Below are positions 49,381 to 62,990 of a DNA stretch of 64,000 bases, one piece after another. This stretch comes from Mobula birostris. Its lineage: Eukaryota. A program made the position numbers and the translations under genes. The notes below the pieces were generated by a model, which was not told where the DNA came from, searched no databases, and saw nothing but the letters and a program-made list of their open reading frames with translations. The stretch is taken from positions 86,323,921 to 86,387,920 of the forward strand of contig NC_092383.1 of the NCBI RefSeq assembly GCF_030028105.1. The letters are read 5' to 3'. Each line of letters opens with the position of its first letter. Position 1 is the stretch's first letter.

Positions 49381-50879
49381 ATGTACACAAAGTTCCCAAA
49401 GGATTAATTTGGAATACTCCCAGATTTTTGTGTGTGTGTGTCTCAGATTCCAGGAAATTGGAACTGGAGGCGGAGCCTAACGGCAACTCCTTTGCTGACA
49501 TTTTGGAAACATCTCTATTTCTATCTTTTGATAGCACTTTTTTCCCTCTCAAGATTCTTCTGTAGTCCCTGACCTGAAGGTTACACGCTCAATTCAGTTC
49601 TTGGTGGAAATGGGACCTGCTTTCGGGGCCTCACGACTGGTCGCTTTTCGATATGCCAAGGATGCAGCCTGGAAGGTCAGCGCGCCTTCAGGGTGCCGGC
49701 TTTTCGTGGCTCTGGAGGCAGGCGGATTCAAGGCTGGTGAGTCGTGGGAGTACACGGAAGATCGTAAGCGGCGAGCTGGCTGCAGGTTGTGTGCCCAGAG
49801 GCCCGAGCCTTTTGGGCACAGGGCTTGGAAAATACAACACAACAGAATTTTAACACCATAAATCAGCAAGTCGCTTTGTTATGCCTCCCTTCTACCTGTG
49901 AAACAGGGACACCTCTTTTCCCTTATCAGGGAGCGAGAGCGCCTGCGGTATGTTGAATTACCGGGTGAATGAATAGTCTTTGGGGTACTGCAAGTCTGTG
50001 TCTTTATTTATGCTTTGCTGCATGCTTGAGTGCTCAGTGGGTGGGGTGTTGATGCTTTTTTGCTGGTGGGGGAGGGGGGATCATTGCTTTGCTGCTGCTT
50101 ATGCGTGAGAGGGGGAGTTGGGGGGTTCTTTGGGGTTCTAACATTTAATTGTCATTCATTCTTTGAGGCATTCCTCTGTTTTTGTGGATGTATGCTCAGA
50201 AAAAGAATTTCAGGATGTACATTAAATGTATCTATTGAAACTGATTGAGCTGGAAGTTGGTAGGATCATTTGAGATCATGTTTCAGTCCTCTCCATTAGG
50301 CTGGTGTCCTGATTTACTCCTCACTTACAGACCAGTTTATAAACTGCAGAAAGAAACCCCTCATGATGTCTAAAACCAGGCCCTCTGGTTCTGATGGAAA
50401 CTTTATATTTTGTACCTATCAAGTATTTCTCTGTGTAATTAGAAGGTGGTGCAATAGTGGTCATTAGTACTTTAGTGTCTAGAAATCCAGGTGCAATTTT
50501 AATTTCTTTAAGGATGCATTAAGAGTTTATGTAGATAATTTATTAATTATTTCTGGATTAAAAACACATATCAATAATGATAATGATCAACTACCAGACT
50601 GTCAAAATCCCATCTGGATCAGAAAGGCCTTTCAGGACAGAAATCTTTCATCCCTACACACCCTGGTTTACCTTTGACTCTAGATCTAGTAATGTTCTTT
50701 ACTAATTGCCCCACTGAAATGGTCCAGGAATGACACTGATTTCAAGACAATAATCTCATAGTGATCCCTACATTGTGAAATCAGATTCCAGAAATGGCAG
50801 ACCTGATGTTCTCGCTTAACAGCCACCAGGAGATTTCTCCACCTGGACATATTCTCTCCTGACTGACTCCATACTATTC

Positions 50880-51170
50880 CCCTTTTCTCCTTATCTGCTT
50901 CACCTCTCACCCACTTGAAACTCCACACCTTCCCCTCTCCATTCTATTTGCCGACTGTGCTTCACCCCTCCTCAATCCCCTACCACCTAGTGGACCCAGT
51001 CTCACACCTCCCCCTCTTCTATTTACACTCTATCCCTCTCCACTCACACGTGATGCAGGGTCTCGACCCAAACCGTTGACATTTCCCCTCTCCCTGAAAG
51101 AAGCTGCTTGACCCATTGAGTTCCTCCAGGAGTGAACTCTGAACTCCAGTTTCTGACATCTTTAGTGTCT
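50880..51170 (+). mobile_element. Penelope-like 3'/pseudo-LTR remnant in intron 1
   Basis: Pyrimidine-rich stretch then tgatgcagggtctcgacccaaaccgttgac...gagttcctccag. Confidence 0.55.
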
Positions 51171-51258
51171 ACAGGTATTCAAATACTGTTCTGAAAATGG
51201 TGTATGACCCCCAAACCAAAACTGATGATGCAAATGTCCAGCGCAGTTTGTTACTCAC

Positions 51259-51295
51259 CGGGTAGGAAACCAATCAGAAGAACTGAAGTCCACAT
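51259..51295 (-). CDS. Leader (signal peptide) exon of the Ig receptor
   Basis: aaaagATGT start, MWTSVLLIGFLP, G|gtgagtaa donor, 37 nt phase 1; splices in frame to V1 giving ...LPVSGALWAE. Confidence 0.85.
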
Positions 51296-51509
51296 CTTTT
51301 TATTCGCAGAGACCCAGCCAGGACCTATCTGTCCTCAGAGAGAAATAGCTGGGAAATAAAAATGAGGAAGAAAGCAGCAGGGAGTTTGATCAAAAACCAC
51401 AACTGGAGAGTAGCAAGTGACGATCTTCAAAGCTTTTAGCTATATTTAGCAAGAGAGAAACTTTCAAACAGTTCCCAAGGATTAAATTAAATGCTGAGAA
51501 GAGCTAAAA

Positions 51510-52378
51510 TATCAGGATTAGAAAATATATCAACGGGATGAGTTGCAACATAAAAGGCAGACAAAATTGAAAAGAGTGAATACAGGACTGAAGGTGTTAT
51601 ATCTGAATGTGCGCAGTATACAAAATGAGGTAGATGATCTTGCAGCACAGTTGAGGATTGGTAGGTGTGATGTTGTAGGCATCACTGAATCATGCTGAGA
51701 AAAGATTCTAGCTGGAAATTGAATGTCCTGGGATACATATTGTATCGAAAAGACAGGCAGGAAGGAAGATGAGGTGGGCTGGCTTTATTGGTAAAACATG
51801 AAATCAAATCATTAGAAATAGATGACATATGGTCGGACAGCTTTGAATCATTGTGGGTAGAACTAAGGAACTGCAAAGGTAAAAAGACACTGATGGGAGT
51901 TGTATACGGACACCCAAACAGTAGTAAGGATGTGGTCTGCAAGTTACAACAGGAGATAGAAAATGCATGCCAAAAGGGCAATGTTACAACAGCCACAAAA
52001 TGCTGCAGGAACTCAACAGGCCAGATAGCATCTATGGGCCAAAATGTCGACTGTACTTTTTTCCATAGATGTTGCCTGGCCTGCTGAGTTCCTCCAGCAT
52101 TTTGGGTGTGTTGCTCAGACTGCCAGCACCTTCAGGTTTTCTCATGAATGTTACAATGGTCATGGGAGACTTCAGTGTGCAGGTAGATTGGGAAAATCAG
52201 GTTGGTGCCGGTTTCCAGGATGGAGAATTTCTGGAGTGCCTATGAGATGTCTTTTTAGAGCAGTTTGTGGCTAAGCTCACTAGGGGATCAGTTATTCTGG
52301 ATTGGGTGTTGTGCAATGAACCTGGATTGATTTGACAGTTTAAGGTAAAAGAACCCTAAGAAAAACTAATCATAATAT
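51510..52378 (+). mobile_element. CR1 endonuclease fragment interrupted by a Penelope pseudo-LTR piece (about 51990-52150)
   Basis: SFESLWVELRNCKGKKTLMGVVY...EIENACQK; aaaatgctgcaggaactc motif. Confidence 0.75.
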
Positions 52379-53490
52379 TGTGACACCGCCCCTGAATTTC
52401 TAATGACCAGCACTATTTATTGCTCTTGTGTTCAAATGTTTTTATGGGATTATGGTGGGAAGTTCCAGTTCTTTTATTGTTACATTTTAGCTTGGATTAT
52501 ACAGTTATTTGCTTGTGTATTTGTGGGTCACCCTAACTGCAATGGAGGTGTGTGATGGTTACCTCCCCCATCTGTATGAGACTGGTTGGGTTCACTCTCC
52601 GGGTCATGGTTCCTAGTCTGTTTTGGGTTTATAACAATACAATGGTTGTTGAGTTCAATGAGTTTCCTCGTCTGTCATTGTGGACCAAATGTTCGCCACA
52701 TTGGTATCAGGAGTGGGATGCAAAATTGACAATGAGATTGAAGGGCTACGACGTTGTATAGAGTGCCTTAAGACACGCGTAATAAGTCCAGGACCGAGCA
52801 GTATGCCTGCCCCGTACCGAGCTCATGAGATGAGACCCCAGGGAGGACCTGGGAACCAAGCTTCGTGCCTTCCCAGGGAGCCCCGACGGAGAGAGCGTAC
52901 CAGTCAACCCAACCTGGCGGACACGGCGGAGCGCAACACCCGCCTCTGTCACGACCCGCACCAGGGAATGCAAGATGTCGTAGCCATGGGAGGATGGGCA
53001 TGAGGCAGATGCTGCTGGAGCAAGGGGAAGACCAAAGGGCCTCAACGATTAGCGCCACAAGATCAACCCTGGAGCTCCCCAGATACAACAGTCCAGCCGC
53101 CCGGAGCAAGTCAAACTTGCCTCATGGCACAACAGGTAGAGCCCGCCGAGGTGGCTGTGCACTTTTCTGTGGTGCTGGAGGGGTAGACCCTGTGAGCCCT
53201 CATCGACCTAACGCTAGCCAAGCAGCATGACTACCGGGCCCTTGTATCAGTGCTGGAGCGCTGTTTCGAGCAATGAGGGAAGAACTGTGCCACAGACGGT
53301 GCAGTACGGAGAAAGCTTGGGGGCCCCTGCAGCAGATCACAGCCACTGTACTCAGCAAGGCTACCGCCAGTTCCCTCCCGCAGCCCAGGAAGAGCTTGCC
53401 CTCTGCACTTTTGTAAACGCCTTCGGCAGCATGTTTGCCCAACATCGGCAGAATCATTGGCTGGGGCAGAGAGGGCAGAAGCAATCTTAG
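52379..53490 (+). mobile_element. Truncated Gypsy element: LTR (52379-52700), PBS, gag fragment
   Basis: TGTG...CACA LTR, PBS-like TGGTATCAGGAGTGG at 52702; gag-like ELALCTFVNAF. Confidence 0.65.
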
Positions 53491-54087
53491 TCCCCCAGAG
53501 ACATCCCTTTTGAACAGCGATGAAGAGGTAGGAAATAGGTGTGATGTAGAAGGGGCCTTTCATGGAAACTCAGCATACAGTACTCCACTTCATTCCCTCT
53601 CTAAAGGCTGTGCCCACTCTTTAAAGTAACTTTTAGAGCTCACCTCTTCTGAATTCTTTTCCCTCCGTTGGTGCAATTTCAAGAGCTCTGATGTGATTTC
53701 ACTTTGCTTTAGTTAGATGTGAGGGGAAACCTACTGAATGGAATTACACATTCACAATGGGTAAAAGCCACGTCGGAACTGTTCCTAAACCAACTCGGCT
53801 CCACTTTGACAGGAAATGGTCTGTGTAAGTAGACAACCGCTGTAGTTTCTATTTCTCATAGAATCATAGGGCAAAGTAAATGGACAGGTCACACTTGTCT
53901 AAGGAGAAGACATTTTTATCTTACCTAATTCACCTCCATATCCTAACTCTGCATACTTTTGCACAGATTCTCAGTTGCTAGCTTCCCAATATTCCTGTTC
54001 ACCTGGTTAGATCTTTCAATGTTAGTCAAAGTGTGATCTATCCAGATTCATGCTGTGCGATTCCCTGAGGCAGATGAAGTCTTAGAG

Positions 54088-55195
54088 TGTCATGGTCCAG
54101 TCAGTGAAGTCTGCATTTCTGTTCACGGTCCAGTCCATCAATGCTTGTTCTGGGTTTTCCTGTTTTCTCTCTTGTTCTGTTGGGTGCCTTAATTGAGGCA
54201 CCTGATTCTCAATTCGGCCTGGCACATAAATACCTCTGCAAACCTAGGGATTGTTTTGGCTGGACTGTTCCCTTCCCTTCCTTCTGAAACCTTTGCCTGC
54301 AACCTTGTCAAGTTCAGCCGCCGGAGTGAGACCAGAGCCTTGCCGTGCCAAGAGAGGGAACAATCTGTCATTGAGTTTGGAACTGTCTCTTTGTGTCCCT
54401 CTGTTTAGTTTCCATGTTCTGTGTACAAGTCCCAACCCTACATCTTGTGCTTCCCAAGGAGGAGTCCTGACTCTGTGGTTCCTGTTCCTGTGCTCAAATC
54501 CAAAGCTCTCTGTTGCTGTGTTCCAAGACCAAGTCCAGGCGCCGTGTTCCAGCCTTGTCTAAGTCTGAGCTTTGTGTCCTTATCCAGTTCTGGTGCCTCG
54601 CCCAGCCCAGTGCTGGAGATTCCTCATCCTGTGCTGGATCGCCCAATCCAAATCCTCAGCAGACATCCCTGCCCTGTGCTCCAAGGAGGAGTCCCAGCTC
54701 CGTACCCAAGAGCCTAACCAAGCCGAGTCCAAGAGCCGAGCCAAATCTAGTTCAAAAGCCACGTCCTGTGCTGGAGTTCTCTCGTCCAGTCCAGGAGTTC
54801 CTCGGCCTATCCAAGCCACATTCAAGAACCTCGTGCTGTGCAGGAGTTCCACATCCTGTCCTTGCCAAGATCCTAGTCCTGAGTCCCAGCCTAGACCCGG
54901 GTTCCGGTTCCGAGTCAAGACTCAGGTTCCAAGTCCCAACTAAGACCCAGGTTCCGGGTCCTTGTCCAGGCTCTGGTTGCAAGTTCCTAGTCCAGGCTCT
55001 TTGTTCCTCATTCCACATCCGGGTTCCGTGCTTCTAGCCCAAGTCCTAGCCCAGGCCCTGAATCCTCGCCCAGGGCCTGTGTCAATGTCCAGCATTGTTT
55101 CTTCCCTTGCTTTCCTGACAAACCTAGTCCTGTTCCTAGAACTTCAGTGTCTGTGTCTTGCATTTGGGTCCGCTACCAGCGCCCCCCTTGTAACA
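54088..55195. mobile_element. Solo LTR, same family as 16562-17340, opposite orientation
   Basis: TG...CA termini, flanks tagag/gagag; 3' end matches the reverse complement of 16562-16640; empty site visible at about 6735. Confidence 0.8.
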
Positions 55196-56719
55196 GAGAG
55201 AGCTTCAGTACAAGGGATAACAATTCTCACATGTCACACTTGTTGGAGAAACAATACAGGATCAGAATCAAAATCAAGTTTCATATCACTGGCATACTGT
55301 ATGTCCTGAAATTATCTGTATCGGCACCATCTTGGAGTTTAACTAAACAATGTTAATTGTTCAACTGCCTGGACTGCTGAGCTCCCCCGGCATTTTGTGT
55401 GTGTTGTTTCATTGTTCAATCTTAATTTCATTGCAGTGCGAGGGTTGAGATGATCCAAGAATGTGGCTGATTTATATTGTCCTGAATTTTCGTTGCTGAT
55501 TTTGCAATTGTTTATAAACACTGAATTTCACATTGTACAGAAATGGATAAATGATAAAAATAATTCAGTATAGATAGAGAGCTTTTGTTACTTTGGGTTT
55601 GTTACATGTGTTTTAGGAGAAAACAGTGCAGTATATTAGCCATGAATGTATGTCTGCTTAAATTCTGTACATTGGGATATAGTATGAGTGCTGACTCTGT
55701 TGTATCAGTCACTACTGTCATCTGTGTAATTTTCACTCTCAGCAAAAGATGTGGTTAGAACTTCTGTCTTCTTTATTTATCTTCCCAAACAGAATATAGG
55801 GAAGTACCAGTAGATGCTATATATAAACAAATTGTTCTACCCTCTTCCTGTATTTTCCCATCACTTTTTGGAAAACTTCTCAATAACCATTGTGCTATAT
55901 GCTGATGAGAGCAAGTGCAGAGATGCAAAATATCTTCAGATCAGCATTTTTGTTTCAGCAAGATCACTGAACAACAATAATAATTCCATGAAGTAAAGGC
56001 CTTTTGACCTTTGTGTTTAAAATTAATCCCAATCCTGTGCACAGCTGTAAACACAACTATGGGATCATAAAATGTTTTCCAGTTGGTTTTTGGGAAGTTA
56101 TCAAAGAACTGAGGCTTTATAAGGTATTGGTCAGACTGCACTTGGAATATGTTGAACAGTTTAGGAAACCCTATCTATGAAAGGATGTGCTGTATTTGGA
56201 GAGGGTCCAGAGGAGATTCATGGGAATGATCCCAGGAATGAGAAAGGTTAACACATGAGGAGCGTTTGATGGCTCTGGGCCTGTACTTGCTGGAGTTTAG
56301 AAAAATGAGGGGGAAATTTCATTGGAATCTCTTGAATAGTGAAAGGCCTGGATGGAGTGTATGTGGAGACAATGTTTCCTATCATGGGGGAGTCTCCGAT
56401 ACAATGACATCCCTTTTGAACAGAGATGAGAAAGAATTTCTTTAGTCAGAGAGTGGTGAACCTGTGGAATTCATTGAAAAAGAAGGCTGTGGAGACTACG
56501 TCATTGTGAATATTTAAAGTGGATGTTGGTGGTTCTTGATTAGTAAGGGTGTTGAAGGTTATGTGGAGAATGGGGCTGAGGTGGATAATAAGTCAGCCAT
56601 TATAGAATGGTGGCACAGACTGATAGGCTGAATGGCCTAATTATGTTCCTGGAATATTGTCTTCTGGTCTTATGCTCTTAAGTGATGGAACAATGAAGGC
56701 AGATGATGGAACAATTTGT

Positions 56720-57885
56720 TTAGTCATAGTCATAGTCATAGTCGTAGTCAAACTTTATTGATCCTGGGGGAAATTGGTTTTCGTTACAGTTGCATCATAG
56801 ATAATAAATAGTAATAAAACCATAAATAGTTAAATAGTAATATGTAAATTATGCTAGGAAATAAGTCCGGGACCAGCCTCTTGGCTCAGGGTGTCTGACC
56901 CTCCAAGGGAGGAGTTGTAAAGTTTGATGGCCACAGGCAGGAATGACTTCCTATGACGCTCAGTGTTGCATCTCGGTGGAATGAGTCTCTGGCTGAATGT
57001 ACTCCTGTGCCCAACCAGTATGTTATGTAGTGGATGGGAGACATTGTCCAAGATGGCTTGCAACTTGGACAGCATCCTCTTTTCAGACACCACCATCAGA
57101 GAGTCCAGTTCCATCCCCACAACATCACTGGCCTTACGAATGAGTTGGTTGATTCTGTTGGTGTCTGCTACCCTCAGCCTGCTGCCCCAGCACAAAACAG
57201 CAAACATGATAGCGCTGGCCACCACAGCCTCGTAGAACATCCTCAGCATCGTCCAGCAGATGCTAAAGGACCTCAGTCTCCTCAGGAAATAGAGACGGCT
57301 CTGACTCTTCTTGTCGACAGCCTCAGTGTTCTTTGACCAGTCCAGTTTATTGTCAATTCTTATCCCCAGGTATTTGTAATCCTCCACCATGTCCACACTG
57401 ACCCCCCGGATGGAAACAGGGGTCACCCGTACCTTAGCTCTCCTCAGGTCTACCACCAGCTCCTTAGTCTTTTTCACATTAAGCTGCAGATAATTCTGCT
57501 CACACCATGTGACAAAGTTTCCTACCGTAGCCCTATACTCAGCCTCATCTCCCTTGCTGATGCATTCAACTGTGGCCGAGTCATCAGAAAACTTCTGAAG
57601 ATGACAAGACTCTGTGAAGTAGTTGAAGTCCGAGGTGTAAATGGTGAAGGGAAGGGGAGACAAGACAGTCCCCTGTGGAGCCCCAGTGCTGCTGATCACT
57701 CTGTCGGACACACAGTGTTGCAAGCACACGTACTGTGGTCTGCCAGTCAGGTAATCAAGAATCCATGACACCAGGAAAGCATCCACCTGCATCACTGTCA
57801 GCTTCTCCCCCAGCAGAGCAGGGCGGATGGTGTTGAATGTACTGGAGAAGTCAAAAACCATGACCCTCTCAGTTACATGAGGCAT
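56720..57885 (-). mobile_element. Rex1/Babar-type LINE, 5'-truncated RT
   Basis: ORF 56854..57885 FDFSSTFNTI...GAPQGTVLSP...QKFSDDSA; (gactat)n tail. Confidence 0.9.
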
Positions 57886-58118
57886 CCATTGGTACTTCCT
57901 TAAATTCTGTTTTGTAAGTCAAGTAAAGAGCACAGAAGTTCTCAGCATATCCACTGACAATTGCTTTGGGATGTCCTCAGAAAGGGAAAGGGCCCCTTTC
58001 AGAATCAGAATCAGGTTTGTTTTAACTGTCTTCTGATGTAAAATTCCCTGTTTTGCAGCAGAAAAAAAAAACGAGCAAGTTCATTCCCTCAGACTATTAA
58101 TAAATTTGGGTTTAAAAG

Positions 58119-58518
58119 GACCAGATTCACAAGTGGGACCACTGTAAATGGAATTATCTCGGGCTAATCAAATCCCATCAGATAACCCTGACCTGTAGAG
58201 GTCAAGAGCTCCTAACAGACGCTAGTGTTTTTGCTTCACATCCTCACACAGCAGGTGAAGACTATTGTGTCATATTCCTCCTTGTCATTGAGGCATTTCA
58301 AAGTTTAAAATTCAAATTAAATTTATTATCAGAGTACATATATGTCACCATATACTACCCTGATTGTAGTTACAATAATGAAGTTCACCTTCTGTTTTAT
58401 TTCCAAGACATTTTATTCTATGTATGTATACTTATGGGTTACAGGTGCATGTTAGTACTGAGAAAAGTTGCACTGTCTGTTTGCAGGTTTACACCCTGAT
58501 GACCAATGCAAGCTGTAA
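58119..58518 (+). pseudogene. Unidentified exon pair C (58119-58254) + D (58487-58518), copy 3; extra D copy at 59075
   Basis: C is open for 45 codons (DQIHKWDHCKWNYLGLIKSHQITLTCRGQELLTDASVFASHPHTA), CAG|gtgaag donor; D reads GLHPDDQCKL*. Confidence 0.4.
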
Positions 58519-59226
58519 TAATTTGCAGCTCACTCATTTTAATCAGCACCAACTGTATTTTCATGCTTGAGTCTCTTTCTCACTCCATTTCTTCAACATG
58601 CATTACAATAGGACAGTAGTCGTGCACCTTATCAAAGTTCAAAAAGAGCTGCTGCGCTCTTGTTAGAGAAACGTCACTCTGAAACAATATCCCCTGCACC
58701 ATCAGTCTTCAGGACGGATATGTCACTCAGAGATTTGCACTGATATTATTATTATCATTATTATTTATTTTTGTGTATCTATGTGCTTTTTTAACTATAT
58801 GTGTTGTGTGATGTGTGCTGTGTGTAACTGTCTTCTGTGTTTTTCACCTTGGCTCCGGAGGAACATTGTTTTGTTTAGCTGTTACATGTGCATGGTTGAA
58901 TGACAAATAAACTTGAACTTCAGATTGAACTTGAAAAGGTCCTTTGCATTTTCTAACTTCATGATTATAATGACAATAGTGTAGTTCACCTCTTATTTTC
59001 AAGACCCTTTATTGTACATTCATGGGTTACAGTCACAGATCAGTACTGAGAAAAGTTACACCTTCTATTTGCAGATTCACACCCTGATGAACAATGCAAG
59101 CTGCAAAAGTTTGCAGCTCACTCATTTTAGTCAGCACCCAACTTTTATTTCCATTGCTCATTCTTCTTTAAAACCTTTGTACAGTGACCAGAAATTTTCA
59201 TGCTGTGTCTCTTTCTCACTCCATTT

Positions 59227-62200
59227 ATGCAGATAGGGGATTCTGCAGCAGCAAAAGAAACAGCAGGATAGTGTGTTGCCTCCTGTGTGCTAGGGTTCAG
59301 GATGTCTCAGAATGGTTGAAGAATATTCTTGAAGGGGAGCGTGAGCAGCTGGAGGTCACAGTACATGTTGGTACCAATGATATAGGCAGGAGAGGGGTAG
59401 AGGTTCTGCGTCGTACATTTAGGGAGTCAGGAAGGAGGCTGAAGAGCAGAACCTCCAAGGTGGTAATCTCCAGATTACTCCTGGTGCCATGAGCTAGTGA
59501 AGGTCAGAACAGGAAGATAACACAGATGAATGAGTGGCTGAGGAGATGGAGCAGGGGGCAGGGTTTCAAGTTCTTGAATCATTGGAACCTTTTCTGGGGA
59601 AGGGGTGACCTGTACAAGGGGGACGGGTTGCACCTGAACTGGAGGGTAACTAATATCCTGGGAGGGAGGTTTGCTCATACTATTGGGGAGGGTTTAAACT
59701 AGATTTGCAGTGGGGTGGGAACCGAAGTGAAGAGGCAGAGGATGTGGTAGTGGTGCAAAAGTCGGGACAGCTTGTAGGAAGTTTGTGAGGGAGGAGAAAC
59801 AGATGATACAGCAAAGATGCATTCAGCCAGATGGTTTGAGATGTGTCTATTTTAATGCAAGGAGAATCATAGGCAAGGCAGATGAACTTAGAGTGGGGAG
59901 CAATATGTGGAACTATCATGTTGATGTGACTACAGAGACTTGGATGTCTCAGGTGCAGGAATGGCTGCTGAGTGTGCCGAGTTTAGAGGTTTTAAAAAGG
60001 ACTGGGAGGGAGGCAAAAGAGATGGGGGAGAAGCATTGCTAATCAGGGATAGTATTACGGCTGCAGAAAAGGAGGAAGTCTTGGAAGGATTGTCTACTGC
60101 GTCATTGTGGGTGGAAGTCAGAAACAGGAAGGGGGCAAAAATTCTGCTGGGTGTTTTTTATAGACCATCACCCAATAGTAACAGAGACATCGAGGAGCAG
60201 ATAAGGAGGCAGATTCTGGAATGGTGCAAAAATAAAAGGGTTGTTGTGATGAGTGATTGTAACTTTCCAAATATTGACTAGCATTTCTTTCGAGCAAGGG
60301 GTTTAGGTGGGGTGGAATTTGTTAGTTGTGTTCAGGAAGGTTTCCTGATGCAATACGTAGATAAGTCAACTAGAGAAGAGGCTGTACTTGATCTGGTATT
60401 GGGAAATGAACTGTCAGGTGTCAGATCTCTCAGTAGAAGAGCATTTTGGAGATAGTGATCACAACTCTTTCTGCTTTACCTTAGCGCTAGAAAGAGACAG
60501 GAGCAGACTATTTGCAAAAACATTTAATTGGGGTAGGGGAAATATGATACTGTTTGGTAGGAACTTAGGAACATAAATTGGAAGCTGATGTTCTCAGGGA
60601 AATGCATGGCAAAAAAGTGGCAAGTGTTCAGGGAACATTTGCATGGCGTTCTGCATGGGTATGTTCCATTGAGGCAGGGAAAGGATTGTGGGATAAAAAA
60701 GTCACGGTGTACAAAGGATGTAGAAAATCTAGATAAAAAGTAAAGAAAAATTTACAAAAGGTTCAAGAAACTAGGTACTGTTAGAGCTCAAGAAAATTAC
60801 AAGGGTGCCAGAAAGGAGCTCAGGAATGAAATTAGGAGAGCCAGAAGGGGCCATGAGAAGGCACTTGTAAACAGGATGAAGGAAAACCCAAGGGCGTTCT
60901 ACAAATATGTGAAGAACAGGAGGATGAGCCATGTGAGAATAGGACTAATCAGGAGCGATAGTGAAAAACGTGTATGGAGTCAATGGAGATAGCGGAGGAA
61001 CCTAATGAATACTTTGCTTCAGTATTCACCAATGAAAAGGACCTTAGCAATTGTGAGGGTGACATACAGCAGATTGAAACAGTTGAGTGAATAAACATTA
61101 AGAAAGAGGATCTGCTGGAGCTTCTGAAAGGTACTAAGTTAGATGAGTCACCGGGACCGATCGTGATATACCCCAGGCTACAGGGGGAAGCGAGGAAGAA
61201 GATTGCTGAGATTCTGGTGATGATTTTTGTATCATCAATAGGGACAGGCGAAGTACCAGAGGACTGCATGGTTGCAAACTTTGTTCACTTGTTCAGAAAA
61301 GGGATTAGAGATACTCCAGGAAATTATAGACCAGTGTGTCTTACTTCAGTGGAGGGCAAGTTGTTGGAGAAGATCCTGAGAGGCAGGATTTATGAACATT
61401 TGGAAATATATTGTCACCAGATTTGGATATGGCCCAAGTGCAGAGTGAGAGAAACTGAAGTGGTTCGATATTTCACAGACTTTAATGTGAACGATGTTAG
61501 AAAGGAAAAAGAAAACAATAAACGTTAGGCCAAACAGGGCCATTGACTAAAACACTCAGATGGAAAGTGGAGCCTACAGTGCGGCTGAAAAGAACAACTA
61601 AGAATAAAATGAATACCGCTTGTCTTCACAGTCAGTTGACAGTCCAATTTCTCAGCCAAGGCAGAATGCAGGTAATGAAGTGTAGCTATGTCCATGACCA
61701 AGTCTCGACAAATACTATGACTGGAGTTAAATACTATCACAATGAAGTAACAATTAGCTGACACATGCACATTCATGAGTGCAATTGCCGAATCTCCTGC
61801 GCTGCCGAATCCGTGGTTCTAACAGACGTAATCTGATTAGGGAGAGTCAGCATGGCTTTGTCAAGGGCACATCAAGCCTTATGAAAATATTGAGGCATGG
61901 GATCCAAGGAGACCTTGCTTTGTGAATCCAGAATTGGCTTGTCCACAGAAGGAAAAGAGTGTTTGTATATGGTTTGTATTCTGCATGGAGGAGGGTGACC
62001 AGTGGTGTTCCACAGTGATTTGCTCTGGGACCCCTCCTCTTTGTGATTTTTATAAATGACCTGGATGAAGAAGTGGAAGGGTGGGTTAGTCAGTTTGCTG
62101 ATGACACAAAAGTTGGGGGTGTTGTGGATAGTCTGGAGGGTTGTCTGAGGTTAGAGTGCGATGTCGATAGGATGCAGAACTGGACTGAGAAATAGCAGAT

Positions 62201-62990
62201 GGACTTCAACCCAGATAAATGTGAAGTGATTTATTTCAGGAGGTCAAATTTGAAGACAGAATATAATGTTAATAGTAAGACTCTTGGCAGTGTGGAGGAT
62301 CAATGTGATTTTGGGATCTGTGTCCATAGGGGACTCTAAGCTGCCGTGCAGGTTGACTGTGTTGTTAAGAAGGTGTATGGTATTTTGGCCTTCATCAACC
62401 ATGGGATTGAGTTTCAGAGCTGTGACGTAATTTTACAGCTATATAAGACCTTAGTTAGACTTCATTTGGAGTACTGTCTTCAGTTCTGGTCACCTCACTA
62501 CAGGAAGGATGTGGATACTCTAGAGACAGTGCAAAGTAGATTTAAAAGGATGTTGCCTGGATTGGAGATCATGCCCAATGAGAACAGGTTGAGTGAACTT
62601 GTCCTTTTCTTCTTGGAGTTACAGAAGATGAGAGATGACCTGAAAGAGGTGTGTAAGATGATGAGAGGCATTGATCGTGTGGATAGCCGGAGGCTTTTAC
62701 CCCAGGCTGAAATGGCTAACATAAAGGATCATAGTTTCAAGGAGTTTGGAAGTAGGTACAAGGTCTAAGTGAGAGGTAAATTTTTCCACACAGAGTTGTC
62801 ATTGTGCAGTATGCACTGCCGGCAATGGTGGTGGAGGTGGGATTCAATAGGGTCTTTTAAGAGACTCGTAGATAAGTAAATGGAGCTCAGAAAAATAGAG
62901 AGCTATTTGGAAATTCTAGGCAGTTTCTAGAGTAGGTTACATGGTTGGCACAACTTTGTGGGCCGAAGGGCCTGTAATGTGCTGTAAATT
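59227..62990 (+). mobile_element. Older decayed near full-length CR1 (ORF1 esterase + ORF2 pieces)
   Basis: HVGTNDIG (59184..59492), APE (59940..60281), RT pieces (61163..61528, 62346..62768). Confidence 0.9.
61412..61824. mobile_element. Possible solo LTR inserted in CR1
   Basis: TGTCA...AACA termini; CR1 RT resumes on both sides; TSD not clear. Confidence 0.45.

Noticed and set aside
52680-53563. GC-rich overlapping ORFs as a host gene
   Set aside because: They follow an LTR and PBS and contain gag-like residues, so they are decayed Gypsy gag
54421-55309. Pro/Ser-rich ORFs
   Set aside because: Lie within the low-complexity interior of a solo LTR
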